DNA of 64,000 nucleotides. Origin: an uncultured Thermoleophilia bacterium (GTDB lineage Bacteria > Actinomycetota > Thermoleophilia > Gaiellales > Gaiellaceae). The stretch covers positions 177,598-241,597 of the forward strand of contig CAWCOI010000005.1 of the NCBI GenBank assembly GCA_963797125.1. Reading direction: 5' to 3'. A program made the position numbers and the translations under genes. Within the stretch, counting starts at the first letter, position 1, and every line of letters begins with the position of its first letter. This document shows, one piece after another, positions 1 to 12,586 of this stretch. The notes beneath the pieces were generated by a model. That model did no database searches, was not told the DNA's origin, and was given only the letters and a program-made list of their open reading frames with translations.

Positions 1-103
1 CTCTCCGCTCCTGACCCTCGTCGGCGAGCGCCGCTCGCTCGGCGCGCTGATCGAGTCGACGCCCGTCCTCCGCGACCTCGATCGCCTCGGCAGGACGGCG
101 TGA

Positions 104-2862
<2,759 letters not shown>

Positions 2863-2863
2863 G

Positions 2864-3850
2864 ATGGCGCTGACGCTGCGCTGGGGGACGGTGACGGCAG
2901 TCACGCAGCGCCTCGACGACATCATCCGTTGCGAGGTCGACGCAAGCCCCTGCATCGTGTATCCGAGACAAACCGGCCGGGTCGAGGTGGGTGACACCGT
3001 CCTCGTGAACACGCAGGGTCGCGATCTCGCGCTCGGGTCGGGTGGCTTCGACATCGTCTACGCGAATCTCACACGCGGCCTCGGCCTCGCCGCCGCCGAG
3101 TCGGCCCACGTGATGGCGCTTCCGTACACGATCGGACAGATGGCCGTTGTCTGTGTCGAGGAGCACGATGCTCTGGCGGAGGACCTCGACGGCCTTCCCG
3201 TCGTCTGCTGCGGCCTGCACAGCCAGCTCGCTCCGGTCGTCGCCGGAATCGGGCCTGGAGTGCGGATCGCGTATGCGCAGCTCGGGGGAGGCGCGCTGCC
3301 GGTCGCGCTGTCGGACACGGTGCGACTGCTGAAGACCCGCCGTCTGCTCGAGACGGCGATCGCGGTGGCCCCGTGCTTCGACGGCGACGTGCAGGCGGTG
3401 ACGCCGGCCTCGGCGCTCGCGTGGGCGAAGGCACGTGGCTTCGACGTCGTCGTCTGCGGTATCGGCCCGGGCATCGTCGGCAGCGGCTCGGCGCTCGGCC
3501 ACGGTGGGCTCGCCGTCTCCGACGCCGCGAACGCCGCCGCCGCTCTCGGCGGCCGCGCGATCGTGGTCGTCAGGTACTCCGGCCGCGACCCACGCGAGCG
3601 CCACGGCGGCGTCTCCCACCACACCCGCTCGGCGCTGAGGCTCATCCTCGGCGAGCGCGAGGTCGTGTGGCCCGAGGGGCTCGGCCACGACGAAGAGCTC
3701 GGTGAGGTCGTCGAAGTCGCGGTCGAGGGGTGGCAGGACGTCTGCGCGAACCTCTCCCTCACGCACATGGGCCGCCATGCAGACGACGATCCCTGGTTCT
3801 TCGCCGCTGCCTTCGCAGCGGGACGCCATGCGAGGGCGCTGCTCGGATGA
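2864..3850 (+). CDS. conserved hypothetical protein (possibly DUF3866-like), co-operonic with the M20 peptidase
   Basis: 328 aa intact ORF with coding-like composition; ATG sits 1 nt after the upstream stop and its own stop overlaps the next start (ATGA). Family assignment is from memory only. Confidence 0.65.
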   Translation: MALTLRWGTVTAVTQRLDDIIRCEVDASPCIVYPRQTGRVEVGDTVLVNTQGRDLALGSGGFDIVYANLTRGLGLAAAESAHVMALPYTIGQMAVVCVEEHDALAEDLDGLPVVCCGLHSQLAPVVAGIGPGVRIAYAQLGGGALPVALSDTVRLLKTRRLLETAIAVAPCFDGDVQAVTPASALAWAKARGFDVVVCGIGPGIVGSGSALGHGGLAVSDAANAAAALGGRAIVVVRYSGRDPRERHGGVSHHTRSALRLILGEREVVWPEGLGHDEELGEVVEVAVEGWQDVCANLSLTHMGRHADDDPWFFAAAFAAGRHARALLG

Positions 3851-4632
3851 TGGAGCAGCGGCGGCTCGGCCCGGTCGTCGGTCTCGGGACGTACAAGACC
3901 TTTCTCGACGACGAGGCTCTTGCCGCGGAGGTGGTCGGAGCCGCGCTCGGCGCGGGCACGACGGTGTTCGACTCGTCGCCGATGTACGGGGCCGCGGAGG
4001 CCTCGCTCGGGAGCGCGTTGCAGGGGCGTCGCGCGGACGCGGTGGTGGCGACGAAGATCTGGGCGAGCTCGATCGAGGAGGGAAAGGCGCAGTACGCGGC
4101 GCAGCGGCGCGCATTCGATCGCGTCGACATCGAGCAGATCCACAACCTCGCCGCGTGGCGGGAGCAGCTGCCGTGGCTCGAGGCCGAGCGCGGCGAGGGA
4201 AGGATCGAGCGGCTCGGTGTGACGCACTGGGATCCGGGGCATTTCGATGAGCTCGAGCGGGCGTTGCGGACCGGGAAGTTCGACACGGTGCAGATCCCTC
4301 TCAATCCGCGTGAGCGTGAGTGCGAGGCGCGGATCCTGCCGCTGGCGGAGGAGCTCGGTATCGCGGTGATCGTGATGCGCCCGCTCGGTGGGGCGGGAGC
4401 GGCGATGCACCGGCGCGAGCCCGGGGCGGGCGCGCTCGAGCCGCTGCGCGCCTTCGGCGTCGAGACGTGGGCGCAGGCGCTGCTCAAGTGGTGTCTCGCC
4501 GATCCACGCGTCGATCTCGTGATCCCGGCGACGTCGCGGCCGTCGCGGGTGGTCGAGAATGCAGCCGCCGGCTCCGGGCCGGCGTTCGGCCCCGACGAGC
4601 GACGACTCGTGGAGCGCCTCGCAGGCGCGTAG
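3847..4632 (+). CDS. aldo/keto reductase
   Basis: 261 aa; AKR-like sequence (GLGTYKTF ... ERGEGRIERLGVTHWD ... DLVIPATSRPSRVVEN); ATG overlaps the upstream stop. Confidence 0.88.
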   Translation: MMEQRRLGPVVGLGTYKTFLDDEALAAEVVGAALGAGTTVFDSSPMYGAAEASLGSALQGRRADAVVATKIWASSIEEGKAQYAAQRRAFDRVDIEQIHNLAAWREQLPWLEAERGEGRIERLGVTHWDPGHFDELERALRTGKFDTVQIPLNPRERECEARILPLAEELGIAVIVMRPLGGAGAAMHRREPGAGALEPLRAFGVETWAQALLKWCLADPRVDLVIPATSRPSRVVENAAAGSGPAFGPDERRLVERLAGA

Positions 4633-4705
4633 AGCACGGACATGGTCCAGAGCCGACGACCACAGCCAGGGCTGCTGTCGGAAAGAGTGTTTCACTCTCG
4701 GCACG

Positions 4706-4734
4706 AAGGGTGTCGCCCTCCGGGAGACACCCTT
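4706..4734 (+). promoter_or_regulatory. strong hairpin (9 bp perfect stem AAGGGTGTC/GACACCCTT) within the 275 bp untranslated leader of ald
   Basis: Inverted repeat seen directly; lies in a 4640-4914 region with no plausible ORF, upstream of the ald ATG at 4915. Confidence 0.35.
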
Positions 4735-4914
4735 GCAGTGGAATCTCGCTCGTTGCGAACGATTCGCGGCCGCGAGACGGGAGGCGTGCATCCTGGCCTC
4801 TGGATCGACTGTCACGTGCGGCACGGTTGCCGGGAACAGCTACGGGAAGCGGACGGCTCTCGCTGGCCCGGGCGACTCCGGTGTGAGCTGCCGTTCCTGT
4901 ATCGTCCGGCCGCG

Positions 4915-6037
4915 ATGCGGATCGGAGTCGCCAGAGAGATCAAGCAGCGCGAATATCGCGTCGCTCTCACGCCCGCAGGCGCGCTCGAGCTCGTTCAGCG
5001 CGGCCACGAGGTCACCGTTGAGCAGGACGCCGGCGTCGGGTCGGGATTCACCGACGACGCCTACATCGCGGTCGGCGCGCGCATCGCGTCCGGTCGACGA
5101 GGTGTGGAGCTCGGCAGAGCTCCTGCTCAAGGTGAAGGAGCCGATCGCGGAGGAGTACGGCCGGCTCCGCGAGGACCTGACGCTGTTCACGTACCTGCAC
5201 ATTGCCGCGGACGAGCCCCTGACGAGCGCGCTCGTCGACTCGGGCATCACCGGCATCGCCTACGAGACGGTCGAGACCGCGACACGCCACCTGCCGCTGC
5301 TCGCGCCGATGAGCGAGGTCGCGGGCCGTCTGGCGCCGCAGATGGGCGCCTGGTCGCTCGAGAAGGCGCACGGCGGCCGGGGCATCCTGCTCGGCGGCGT
5401 CCCGGGCGTGCCGCCGGCCAAGGTGGTCATCCTCGGTGGAGGCGTCGTCGGCCTCAACTCGGCGATCATCGCGCTCGGCATGCAGGCGGACGTGTGGGTG
5501 CTCGACAAGTCGGTCGAGCGGATGCGCGATCTCGAGATCGCGCTCGACGGGCGGGTCACGCTCGCGATGTCGAACCGCCTCCAGATCGAGGAGATCCTCG
5601 TCGACGCCGACATGGTGATCGGAGCGGTGCTCGTACCCGGGGCGCTCGCGCCACGGCTCGTGACACGCGAGATGCTCGGCCTGATGAAGCCCGGCGCGGT
5701 GCTCGTCGATGTCGCGATCGATCAGGGCGGATGCTTCGAGACATCGCACGCGACGACGCACGACGACCCGGTGTTCGAGGTCGACGGCATCGTCCACTAC
5801 TGCGTCGCGAACATGCCCGGCGCCGTTCCCGTCACGTCGACGAAGGCGCTGACGAACGTGACGCTGCCGTACGTCGAGGCGATCGCCGACAAGGGCGTCG
5901 TCCGCGCGATCGCCGACGATCCTGCGCTCGCGAAGGGCGTCAACACCGTCGGCGGCAAGATCACCTACGAGGCGGTTGCGCAGGCCCACGGGCTCGAGTA
6001 CACGCCGCTCCTCGGTGCGATCTCGGCGGCCGCGTAA
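4915..6037 (+). CDS. ald: alanine dehydrogenase (single +1 frameshift near 5092; pseudogene or assembly indel)
   Basis: N-terminus MRIGVAREIKQREYRVALTPAG in frame 1, remainder (VDEVWSSAELLLKVKEP ... full Rossmann and C-terminal domain) in frame 2. Removing one base in ..gcgtccggtcgac.. gives a continuous Ald. Confidence 0.9.
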
Positions 6038-6060
6038 CGTCCGGCCGCCCTCTCGCACCG

Positions 6061-6600
6061 GTGCTCGCGGTCAACGTCGCCGTGCTCGAGGCGGGCCGCA
6101 TCCTTCTGATCCTGCGCGAGGACTTCGATGTGTGGTGCATGCCGGGCGGCCACGTCGACCCGGGCGAGTCGATTGCTGCGGCCGCGGTGCGCGAGGTGTG
6201 GGAGGAGACAGGGATCGAGGTGAGGCTCGATAGCCTCGTCGGCACCTACTCCCGCCCGCTCTGGATCGGCGGAGGGTTCCACGTCCTCGTCTTCACCGCG
6301 ACGACGGTTGGCGGCACGCTGCGCGGCCAGCCGGGAGAGGTGACGGACGCGCGCTGGTTCGACATCGATGCCCTGCCGGCGCCGCTCTTCATGGGCCAAC
6401 GCCGGCGTATCGATGATGCGGTCGCGGGCCGTACGGGCCTTGCGCGCACGAGCCCGGTGATCTTTCCGTTTCCGAGCCTCGCCGCCGCGCTCGCAGAGCG
6501 CGACGCGTCGCCGTTGACCCGGCGGGAGTTCTACGTTGAGCACATCCTCGAGCCGAATCGCATCGGCGAGGAGGCCGACGCCGCCGAGGCCGGAGAGTAG
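6061..6600 (+). CDS. NUDIX hydrolase
   Basis: GTG start; Nudix-box-like GESIAAAAVREVWEETGIEV; 179 aa. Confidence 0.85.
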   Translation: MLAVNVAVLEAGRILLILREDFDVWCMPGGHVDPGESIAAAAVREVWEETGIEVRLDSLVGTYSRPLWIGGGFHVLVFTATTVGGTLRGQPGEVTDARWFDIDALPAPLFMGQRRRIDDAVAGRTGLARTSPVIFPFPSLAAALAERDASPLTRREFYVEHILEPNRIGEEADAAEAGE

Positions 6601-6603
6601 CCT

Positions 6604-6738
6604 CTAGCTCTTGTCGGCCTGGGGCTTCGAGGTCTTGGTGGGCGAGATCTTGACCACCGCATACGTGACCCCAGCCGAGAGCAAGAGGATCGCGGCGACG
6701 TAGAACGTCAGCTCCACCAGTCCGAGAACGGTTTGCAT
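6604..6738 (-). CDS. small hydrophobic protein (44 aa, MQTVLGLVELTFYVAAILLLSAGVTYAVVKISPTKTSKPQADKS)
   Basis: ATG-to-TAG ORF in the 150 bp gap between the NUDIX gene and deoB; high GC3; one predicted TM helix. It is under 60 aa, so it is not in the supplied ORF track. Confidence 0.35.
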   Translation of the reverse strand: MQTVLGLVELTFYVAAILLLSAGVTYAVVKISPTKTSKPQADKS

Positions 6739-6757
6739 CCGTGCGTAGACTACCGGC

Positions 6758-7928
6758 ATGCCGCGGGCCTGCGTGATCGTGCTCGATGCCGTCGGCGCGG
6801 GTGAGTTGCCAGATGCTGCCGAGTGGGGTGATCAGGGCTCGGACACGCTCGGAAACGTCGCTCGTGCCGTCGGGGGTCTCGACCTACCCAATCTCGAGGC
6901 TCTCGGGCTCGGGAACGTCGAGCCGCTCGAAGGCTGCCCGCCGCAGCCGGGCGCACCGGCGGTCGCGGGCCGGCTGCTCGAGCGCTCGAAGGGCAAGGAC
7001 ACAACAGCGGGTCACTGGGAGCTGATGGGGGTCGTCACGGCCGTGGCGTTCCCGACCTACCCGTACGGCTTCCCCGACGAGGTGATCGACCCGTTCATGA
7101 ACCGGACCGGCCGCGGCGTGCTCTGCAACAAGCCGGCCTCGGGCACCGAGGTGATCCAGGAGTACGGTGAGCAGCACCAGAAGACCGGCAAGTGGATCGT
7201 CTACACCTCCGCCGACTCCGTCTTTCAGATCGCCGCTCACGAGGAGACGATCCCGCTCGAGGAGCTCTACGACGCGTGTCGAGCCGCGCGCGAGATCCTG
7301 ACGGGCAAGCACGCGGTCGGGCGGGTGATCGCGCGACCGTTCCTGGGGACGCCGGGCCACTACGAGCGCACACCGAACCGGCACGATTTCTCGCTCGAGC
7401 CGCGGCGGCCCGAACTACCTGACCGCGATCCGAGACGCCGGCAACACCACGTACGGAGTCGGGAAGATCAGCGACATCTTCGCCGGGTGCGATATCGACG
7501 AGTCGTTCCCGACCAAGTCGAACGTGGACGGCATCAACCGGACGATCGAGCTGCTCGAGAACATCGACGGCGGCCTCGTGTTCACGAACCTCGTCGAGAC
7601 CGACCAGCTCTGGGGGCACCGCAACGATCCGGTCAACTTCCACCGCTGCCTGCAGGACTTCGACCGTCGCCTGCCTGACATCCTCGAGGCGCTCCGCGAC
7701 GGCGATCTGTTGATCATCACCTCCGATCACGGCTGCGACCCGACGACGCCGTCGAGCGATCACTCGCGCGAGCACGCGATGCTGCTCGCGTACGCCGCCG
7801 GCCGCAACGCGGCCGGACGCATCCACGAGGGCGGTGAGTTCGGCGATGTCGGGGCCACGATCTGTGCATGGCTCGGCGCGAAGCATCCGGGCCGGGGTGC
7901 TCCAGGCTCCCCGATCATCGAGCCGTGA
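6758..7928 (+). CDS. deoB: phosphopentomutase (one frameshift near 7410; pseudogene or assembly indel)
   Basis: Strong DeoB similarity along its length ([35 protein letters not shown]). The frame changes between NRHDFSLEP and [13 protein letters not shown]. Confidence 0.9.
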
Positions 7929-7950
7929 ACCGGAGATCTTGATGTGTAGT

Positions 7951-8078
7951 AGGAGTGTGGCTGGGGTGGTTCTGCACCAAGGAGCGTGTTCGGCGAGGAG
8001 GTCGTTGAGGCTGGGTGCCTTGATGATCTTCTCGGCGGACGCGATCCGCCGTGTGCAGGGCCGCATCCAGACGTGCTC
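7951..8078. repeat. copy A of a roughly 125 bp dispersed repeat (second copy at 61653-61771)
   Basis: Direct comparison: the first about 60 nt are about 90% identical (..GGGGTGGTTCYGCACCAAGGAGCGTGTTCGRCGAGGAGGTCGTYGAGGCTGG..), the rest about 70%. Both copies are flanked by a potential long-range stem. Confidence 0.5.
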
Positions 8079-8081
8079 CTG

Positions 8082-8804
8082 ATGCGCATCAAGCCTCTGG
8101 ACGACCCGGAGGTCGTCCGGGAGCAGTACGAGACGGAGCAAGGGCTCGAGGATCGCCGTTCGATCTATCAGGACGTCGAAGGCGAGGACGCAAAGGAGGT
8201 CGCCTTCCGGGCGATCGCGGCCGGCCGGCCGCGGCGCGTGCTCGAGGTCGGCCCGGGGCCGGGCGAGCTGAGCGCGCGCATGATGAAGGAGCTCGGAGCC
8301 GAGGTCGTCGCGCTCGACGTGTCCGAGCGCATGGTCGAGCTTGCCCGTGGGCGCGGAGTCGATGCGCGTGTCGGCGACGTGCAGTCGCTCCCATTCGAGG
8401 ACGGGTCATTCGACGCCGTCGTCGCGGCGTGGATGCTGTACCACGTCCCCGACCTCGACCGCGGGCTCGCAGAGATCGCCCGCGTGCTAACCCCTGGCGG
8501 GCGGCTCGTTGCCGTCACCAACTCCGAGCAGCACCTCGACGAGGCTCGCGCCCTGGCCGGCGTCAGCATGGTCGGTCGGCTTCCCTTCCACCGCGACAAC
8601 GGCCGGGAGATCCTGGAGCGGCACTTTGCGACCGTCGAGCAGATCGACGTCGACGGCTGGGTCACGTTCCCGGACTCGGAGTCGATCCGACGCTACGTCC
8701 GCTCGATGATCACCTGGTCCGCGAATGCTCCGCGCGTTCCCGACGGCGTCGGCCCGGTGCGCGCCGGGGTCCGGGTCACCGTCTTCGTCGCGCAGCGGGC
8801 GTGA
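8082..8804 (+). CDS. class I SAM-dependent methyltransferase
   Basis: Motif I VLEVGPGPGELS and motif II FDAVVAAWMLYHV; start taken as ATG 8082 (MRIKPLDDPE) immediately after repeat A. Confidence 0.82.
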   Translation: MRIKPLDDPEVVREQYETEQGLEDRRSIYQDVEGEDAKEVAFRAIAAGRPRRVLEVGPGPGELSARMMKELGAEVVALDVSERMVELARGRGVDARVGDVQSLPFEDGSFDAVVAAWMLYHVPDLDRGLAEIARVLTPGGRLVAVTNSEQHLDEARALAGVSMVGRLPFHRDNGREILERHFATVEQIDVDGWVTFPDSESIRRYVRSMITWSANAPRVPDGVGPVRAGVRVTVFVAQRA

Positions 8805-8850
8805 CTGCTGCCCCGCGCGGCCACCGCGGGCCTCTGTTAGAACGAGATCC

Positions 8851-10150
8851 ATGATCCGCGCGGCAGAGCTGATAGAGCGCAAGCGCAACGGCGAGGAGCA
8901 CGACCCGGACGACCTTGCGGAGCTCGTGCTCGCCTACGCGCGCGACGAGGTGCCGGACTACCAGATGGCGGCGTGGTGCATGGCCGTCTACTTCAAGGGG
9001 CTGAGCGCCGCCGAGACGTTCGCGCTGACCGACGCGATGATTCGCTCCGGCGACACGCTCGACATCGGCGCCGCGATCGGACGCAAGATCGTCGACAAGC
9101 ATTCGACGGGCGGCGTGGGGGACAAGACGTCGATCGCGGTCGGCCCGATCGTCGCCGCCTGCGGCGTCCCCCTCGGCAAGATGAGCGGGCGCGGGCTCGG
9201 GCACACGGGCGGCACGCTCGACAAGCTCGAGGCGATTCCCGGCTTCCGGGTCGAGCTCTCGACCGACGAGATGATCGCCCAGCTGCGAGACATCGGCGTG
9301 GCGATCGTCGGGCAAAGCGACCACCTCGTTCCTGCCGACAAGAAGCTGTACGCGCTCCGTGACGTGACGGCGACGGTCGACATCGTGCCGCTGATCGCCT
9401 CCTCGATCATGTCCAAGAAGCTCGCGGCCGGAGCCGACGCGATCGTTCTCGACGTGAAGGTCGGAGACGGCGCCTTCATGAAGACCCTCGACGATGCGCG
9501 GGTGCTTGCTGCGGAGATGATCGAGCTCGGGCGGAGAGCCGGCAAGGAGGTCACCTGTCTCCTGACGGACATGGACCAGCCGCTCGGACGGGCGGTCGGC
9601 AACGCCCTCGAGATCCGGGAGGCGCTCGATACCGTGCGGGGCGAAGGCCCGGCGGATTTCACCGAGCTCGTCCTCGACGCGTGCTCGCGCCTTCTCGCCT
9701 ACTCCGATCTCGGGATCGGCCTCGCCGAGGGACGCCGGCGCGCCGAGGGCGCCGTTGGCGACGGGACGGCATTCGCCACCTACGAGCGGTGGATCCGGGC
9801 GCAGGGAGGAGACCCCGACCCGCGTGTCCTGCCGGAGGCGCCCGTGCGCCGGGCCGTCACGGCGCCGAGGGACGGCGTCGTCTCACGCCTGGGCGCGCTC
9901 GCCGTGGGGGTCGCGGCGCTCGAGCTCGGTGCCGGCCGGCGCACGAAGGCCGACCCGATCGACCATGCCGTGGGCGTGCTCTGCTTCGCGAAGCGTGGCG
10001 ACACGGTGCTGGCCGGCGACGACCTGGCGGAGATCCACGCGCGCGACGAGGAGTCGGCCGACGACCGCGGCCGAGGCCGTGCTCGCTGCGTACGAGATCG
10101 CCGATGAGGCGCCACCCGCCCAGGGCATCCTGCTCGACGTCGTCAGCTGA
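8851..10150 (+). CDS. deoA: thymidine/pyrimidine-nucleoside phosphorylase (one frameshift near 10060)
   Basis: KHSTGGVGDKTS and GHTGGTLDKLE motifs. The C-terminal about 30 aa (AAEAVLAAYEIADEAPPAQGILLDVVS) are in the +1 frame. Confidence 0.9.
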
Positions 10151-10337
10151 GCCGCCGCTCTAGACGCGCTGCACGCTGCGGCCGACGCATCCTGGGCGAA
10201 CACGCATCCCGGCCAACAGCGGTCGCTGACCGCACGCCTCGCCAGTAGACCGTGCCCAGACGACAGCGTCGGGAGCAAACCCGTTCAAGAGCAGACCCTG
10301 GCCGGGCCACACATGGCTCCGTGCCTAGACTGGCCGT

Positions 10338-11168
10338 GTGCCGGAGCTCCCCGAGGTCGAGACCGTGCGGCGTGCGATCGCGCCCGTGCTCGAGGGGGCG
10401 AGACTCGAGCACGTCGAGATTCGTGATCCGCGACTGGTGCGGCCGTTCGACCCCGAGATCGTCGCCGGTGAGCTCGTCGGTGAGCGCGTGGCCGAGGTCG
10501 GGCGCCGTGGCAAGTATTTGATTGTCGGATTCGAATCTGGTCGGTCTCTGCTGGTGCACCTCCGGATGACGGGGTCGTTGCGAACTGCAGCGCGCGGGGC
10601 GTTGGCCGACGACCCATACACGCGTGCTGTTCTCAGATTAGACAATGGATCGGACGTCGCCTACCGGGACGTCCGGCGCTTCGGCACCTGGGAGCTGTTC
10701 GGCCAGGACGAGCTGCAGCCGTACCTGAAGGCGCGCCTCGGGCCCGAGCCGCTCGGCCCGCTCTCCGCCGCCCAGCTCGGAGCACGACTCGAGGGGCGGC
10801 GGGCGCCGCTGAAGTCGGCGCTCCTCGATCAGCGCACGATTGCCGGCCTGGGCAATATCTACGTCGACGAGGCGCTGTGGCTGAGCATGCTGCATCCACT
10901 CAGGGTCGCAGGCAGCCTCGACCACGACGAGCTCGCCCGGCTACACCGGGCGGTCCGCGGCGTCCTACGCAAGGCGGTCGCGCGCCAGGGCTCGACCCTG
11001 CGCGACTACGCGCTCCCCGACGGCGCCTACGGCACGATGCAGGACGCCTTTCATGCCTACGGGCGCGGGGGAGAGCCGTGCGATCGCTGCGGGACGCCGC
11101 TCGTCCGCATCCTCGTCGGGGGGCGCTCGACGACGTTCTGCCCGACGTGCCAACTACTGCCGGGATGA
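10338..11168 (+). CDS. mutM: formamidopyrimidine-DNA glycosylase
   Basis: MPELPEVETVRR N-terminus (catalytic Pro2) and C-terminal zinc finger CDRCGTPL..FCPTCQ; intact. Confidence 0.95.
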   Translation: MPELPEVETVRRAIAPVLEGARLEHVEIRDPRLVRPFDPEIVAGELVGERVAEVGRRGKYLIVGFESGRSLLVHLRMTGSLRTAARGALADDPYTRAVLRLDNGSDVAYRDVRRFGTWELFGQDELQPYLKARLGPEPLGPLSAAQLGARLEGRRAPLKSALLDQRTIAGLGNIYVDEALWLSMLHPLRVAGSLDHDELARLHRAVRGVLRKAVARQGSTLRDYALPDGAYGTMQDAFHAYGRGGEPCDRCGTPLVRILVGGRSTTFCPTCQLLPG

Positions 11169-11277
11169 CGGGCAGGCCGATGTCATCCTCGATCGGCTGG
11201 ACGGCCTTCTGCGCGAGCCGTCCCCGCGGCGCAGCAGCAGCTTTTTCGGAACGTCGAAGGCTCGCTCGCAGCGAGGG

Positions 11278-11598
11278 TCAGGGACCGGTGTTCGACAGCT
11301 GCGGGCCGTCGCTCACGCTGCTGCGCGGGGAGTAGAGGCTCGGTCTACGCAGCGAGCCGTGCGGCCAGGAGCCCGAGCGGTCGAGGGCCACGAGCTCGTC
11401 GTAGCCGCCGACAGGCTCACCGTCGATCGTCACGAGCGGCACGGTCCACCGCCCGCCGAGGTCGTAGACGCGCTGCCGGAAGGCGGGGTCATCGTCGAGC
11501 GAGACCTCCTCGAAGGAGAGGCCGCGCGCTTCGAGCAGCATCCTGGCGCGGACGCAGTAGCCGCACCACTGCGTCGTATAGAGACGGATTTCGGGCAC
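11278..11598 (-). CDS. glutaredoxin-like protein (NrdH/mycoredoxin type)
   Basis: CGYC active site (TTQWCGYCVRAR) and VPLVTIDGEPVGGYDEL. The C-terminal about 25 aa look like read-through after a frameshift; the true stop is possibly near 11338. Confidence 0.8.
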   Translation of the reverse strand: MPEIRLYTTQWCGYCVRARMLLEARGLSFEEVSLDDDPAFRQRVYDLGGRWTVPLVTIDGEPVGGYDELVALDRSGSWPHGSLRRPSLYSPRSSVSDGPQLSNTGP

Positions 11599-11693
11599 CG
11601 GGGAGCATAAACGCCTGCAAGGCCGCGGCTATTCCGTCAGCCACGCCCACAAGCCATGTCCGCTCCGGCCATGGCCACTCGTACACTGGAGCC

Positions 11694-12577
11694 ATGGCCC
11701 GTTCGACCACGACCGAGGCGGTCGTCCTCCGCTCCTTCCGGCTCGGTGAGGCAGACCGGATCCTGCACGTCTACACGCACGATCGTGGGCGCGTCGGGGC
11801 GGTGGCGAAGGGCGTGCGCAAGACCAAGTCACGCTTCGGTGCTCGGCTCGAGCCCTTCTCCCACGTCGAGCTCGTGCTCCACCAGGGACGCGGTGAGCTC
11901 GAGACCGTCACCGGCGCCTCGCTCGTCCGCTCGCACGACCGGATCCGCACTGATCCATACCGGCTCCAGGTCGGCATGATCGGGCTCGAGGCGATGCTCC
12001 GCCTCTTCACCGAGCAGGAGGCGAACGAGAAGGCATTCACGGCGCTGACCCGCTTCCTCGACGCCCTCGACGACGTGCCGCCGCGGCCCGGGCTCGCGTG
12101 CCGCGCTCGATCCCGGTCGTGCTCTCGTTCCAGCTCAAGCTCCTCTGGGTGTCCGGCTACACGCCGCATCTCGACGCGTGCGTCGAATGCGGGTCGGAGG
12201 ATCCGCTCGTGGGCTTCCTCGCCGCGGCCGGGGGAGGGGCCTGCGCGGCTTGCGACCCGGGTGGGATCCCGCTCTCGCCCGAAGGCGTCCACGGGATGCG
12301 CGTGCTCCTCCACTCGCCGATTGCGGCGGCAGCGGCAGCCGGGCTCGACGACCGTGCCCAGCGGGACGCGTTCGCGGTCGTCAACGCCTCGTACGAGCAT
12401 CACGGCGGCTTCCGCCTCAAGACGCTTGCTCGCCTGAGCGTACGCGGCACCCAGGCGAACCGAACCGGATCAGCGGAGCTCGAACGGCTGCGGCGAGCCG
12501 CCGCCAACCACTTCGAGCAAGCCTTGCAAGGCGCGCGCCGGCATAGCCGCCGACCTCTCCCGCGGCGAAGCCGGTGA
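11694..12577 (+). CDS. recO: DNA repair protein RecO (one frameshift near 12100)
   Basis: N-terminal OB-fold region EAVVLRSFRLGEADRILHVYT in frame 3. C-terminal Zn-finger region (CVECGSED..ACAAC) in frame 2. Confidence 0.85.
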
Positions 12578-12586
12578 CCGTGATGC

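Noticed and set aside
4700-4740. Glycine riboswitch in the ald leader
   Set aside because: Only partial resemblance (CACGAAGGG / CTCCGGGAGAC). The conserved GGAGAG...ACCGAAGGGGCAA...CTCAGGCAAAAGGACAG cores are not present. It is kept only as an unclassified structured leader.
10527-10537. tRNA T-loop-like GGATTCGAATC
   Set aside because: It lies inside the mutM coding sequence with no acceptor or anticodon arm context. No other tRNA-like GTTCGAATC/GTTCAAATC motifs were found in intergenic DNA, so I call no tRNA in the window.
11278-11340. C-terminal about 25 aa extension of the glutaredoxin-like ORF
   Set aside because: It is likely read-through caused by an indel. A shifted frame gives a normal-length protein ending ...LVALDR-LGLLAARLAA, so the extension is not treated as a domain.
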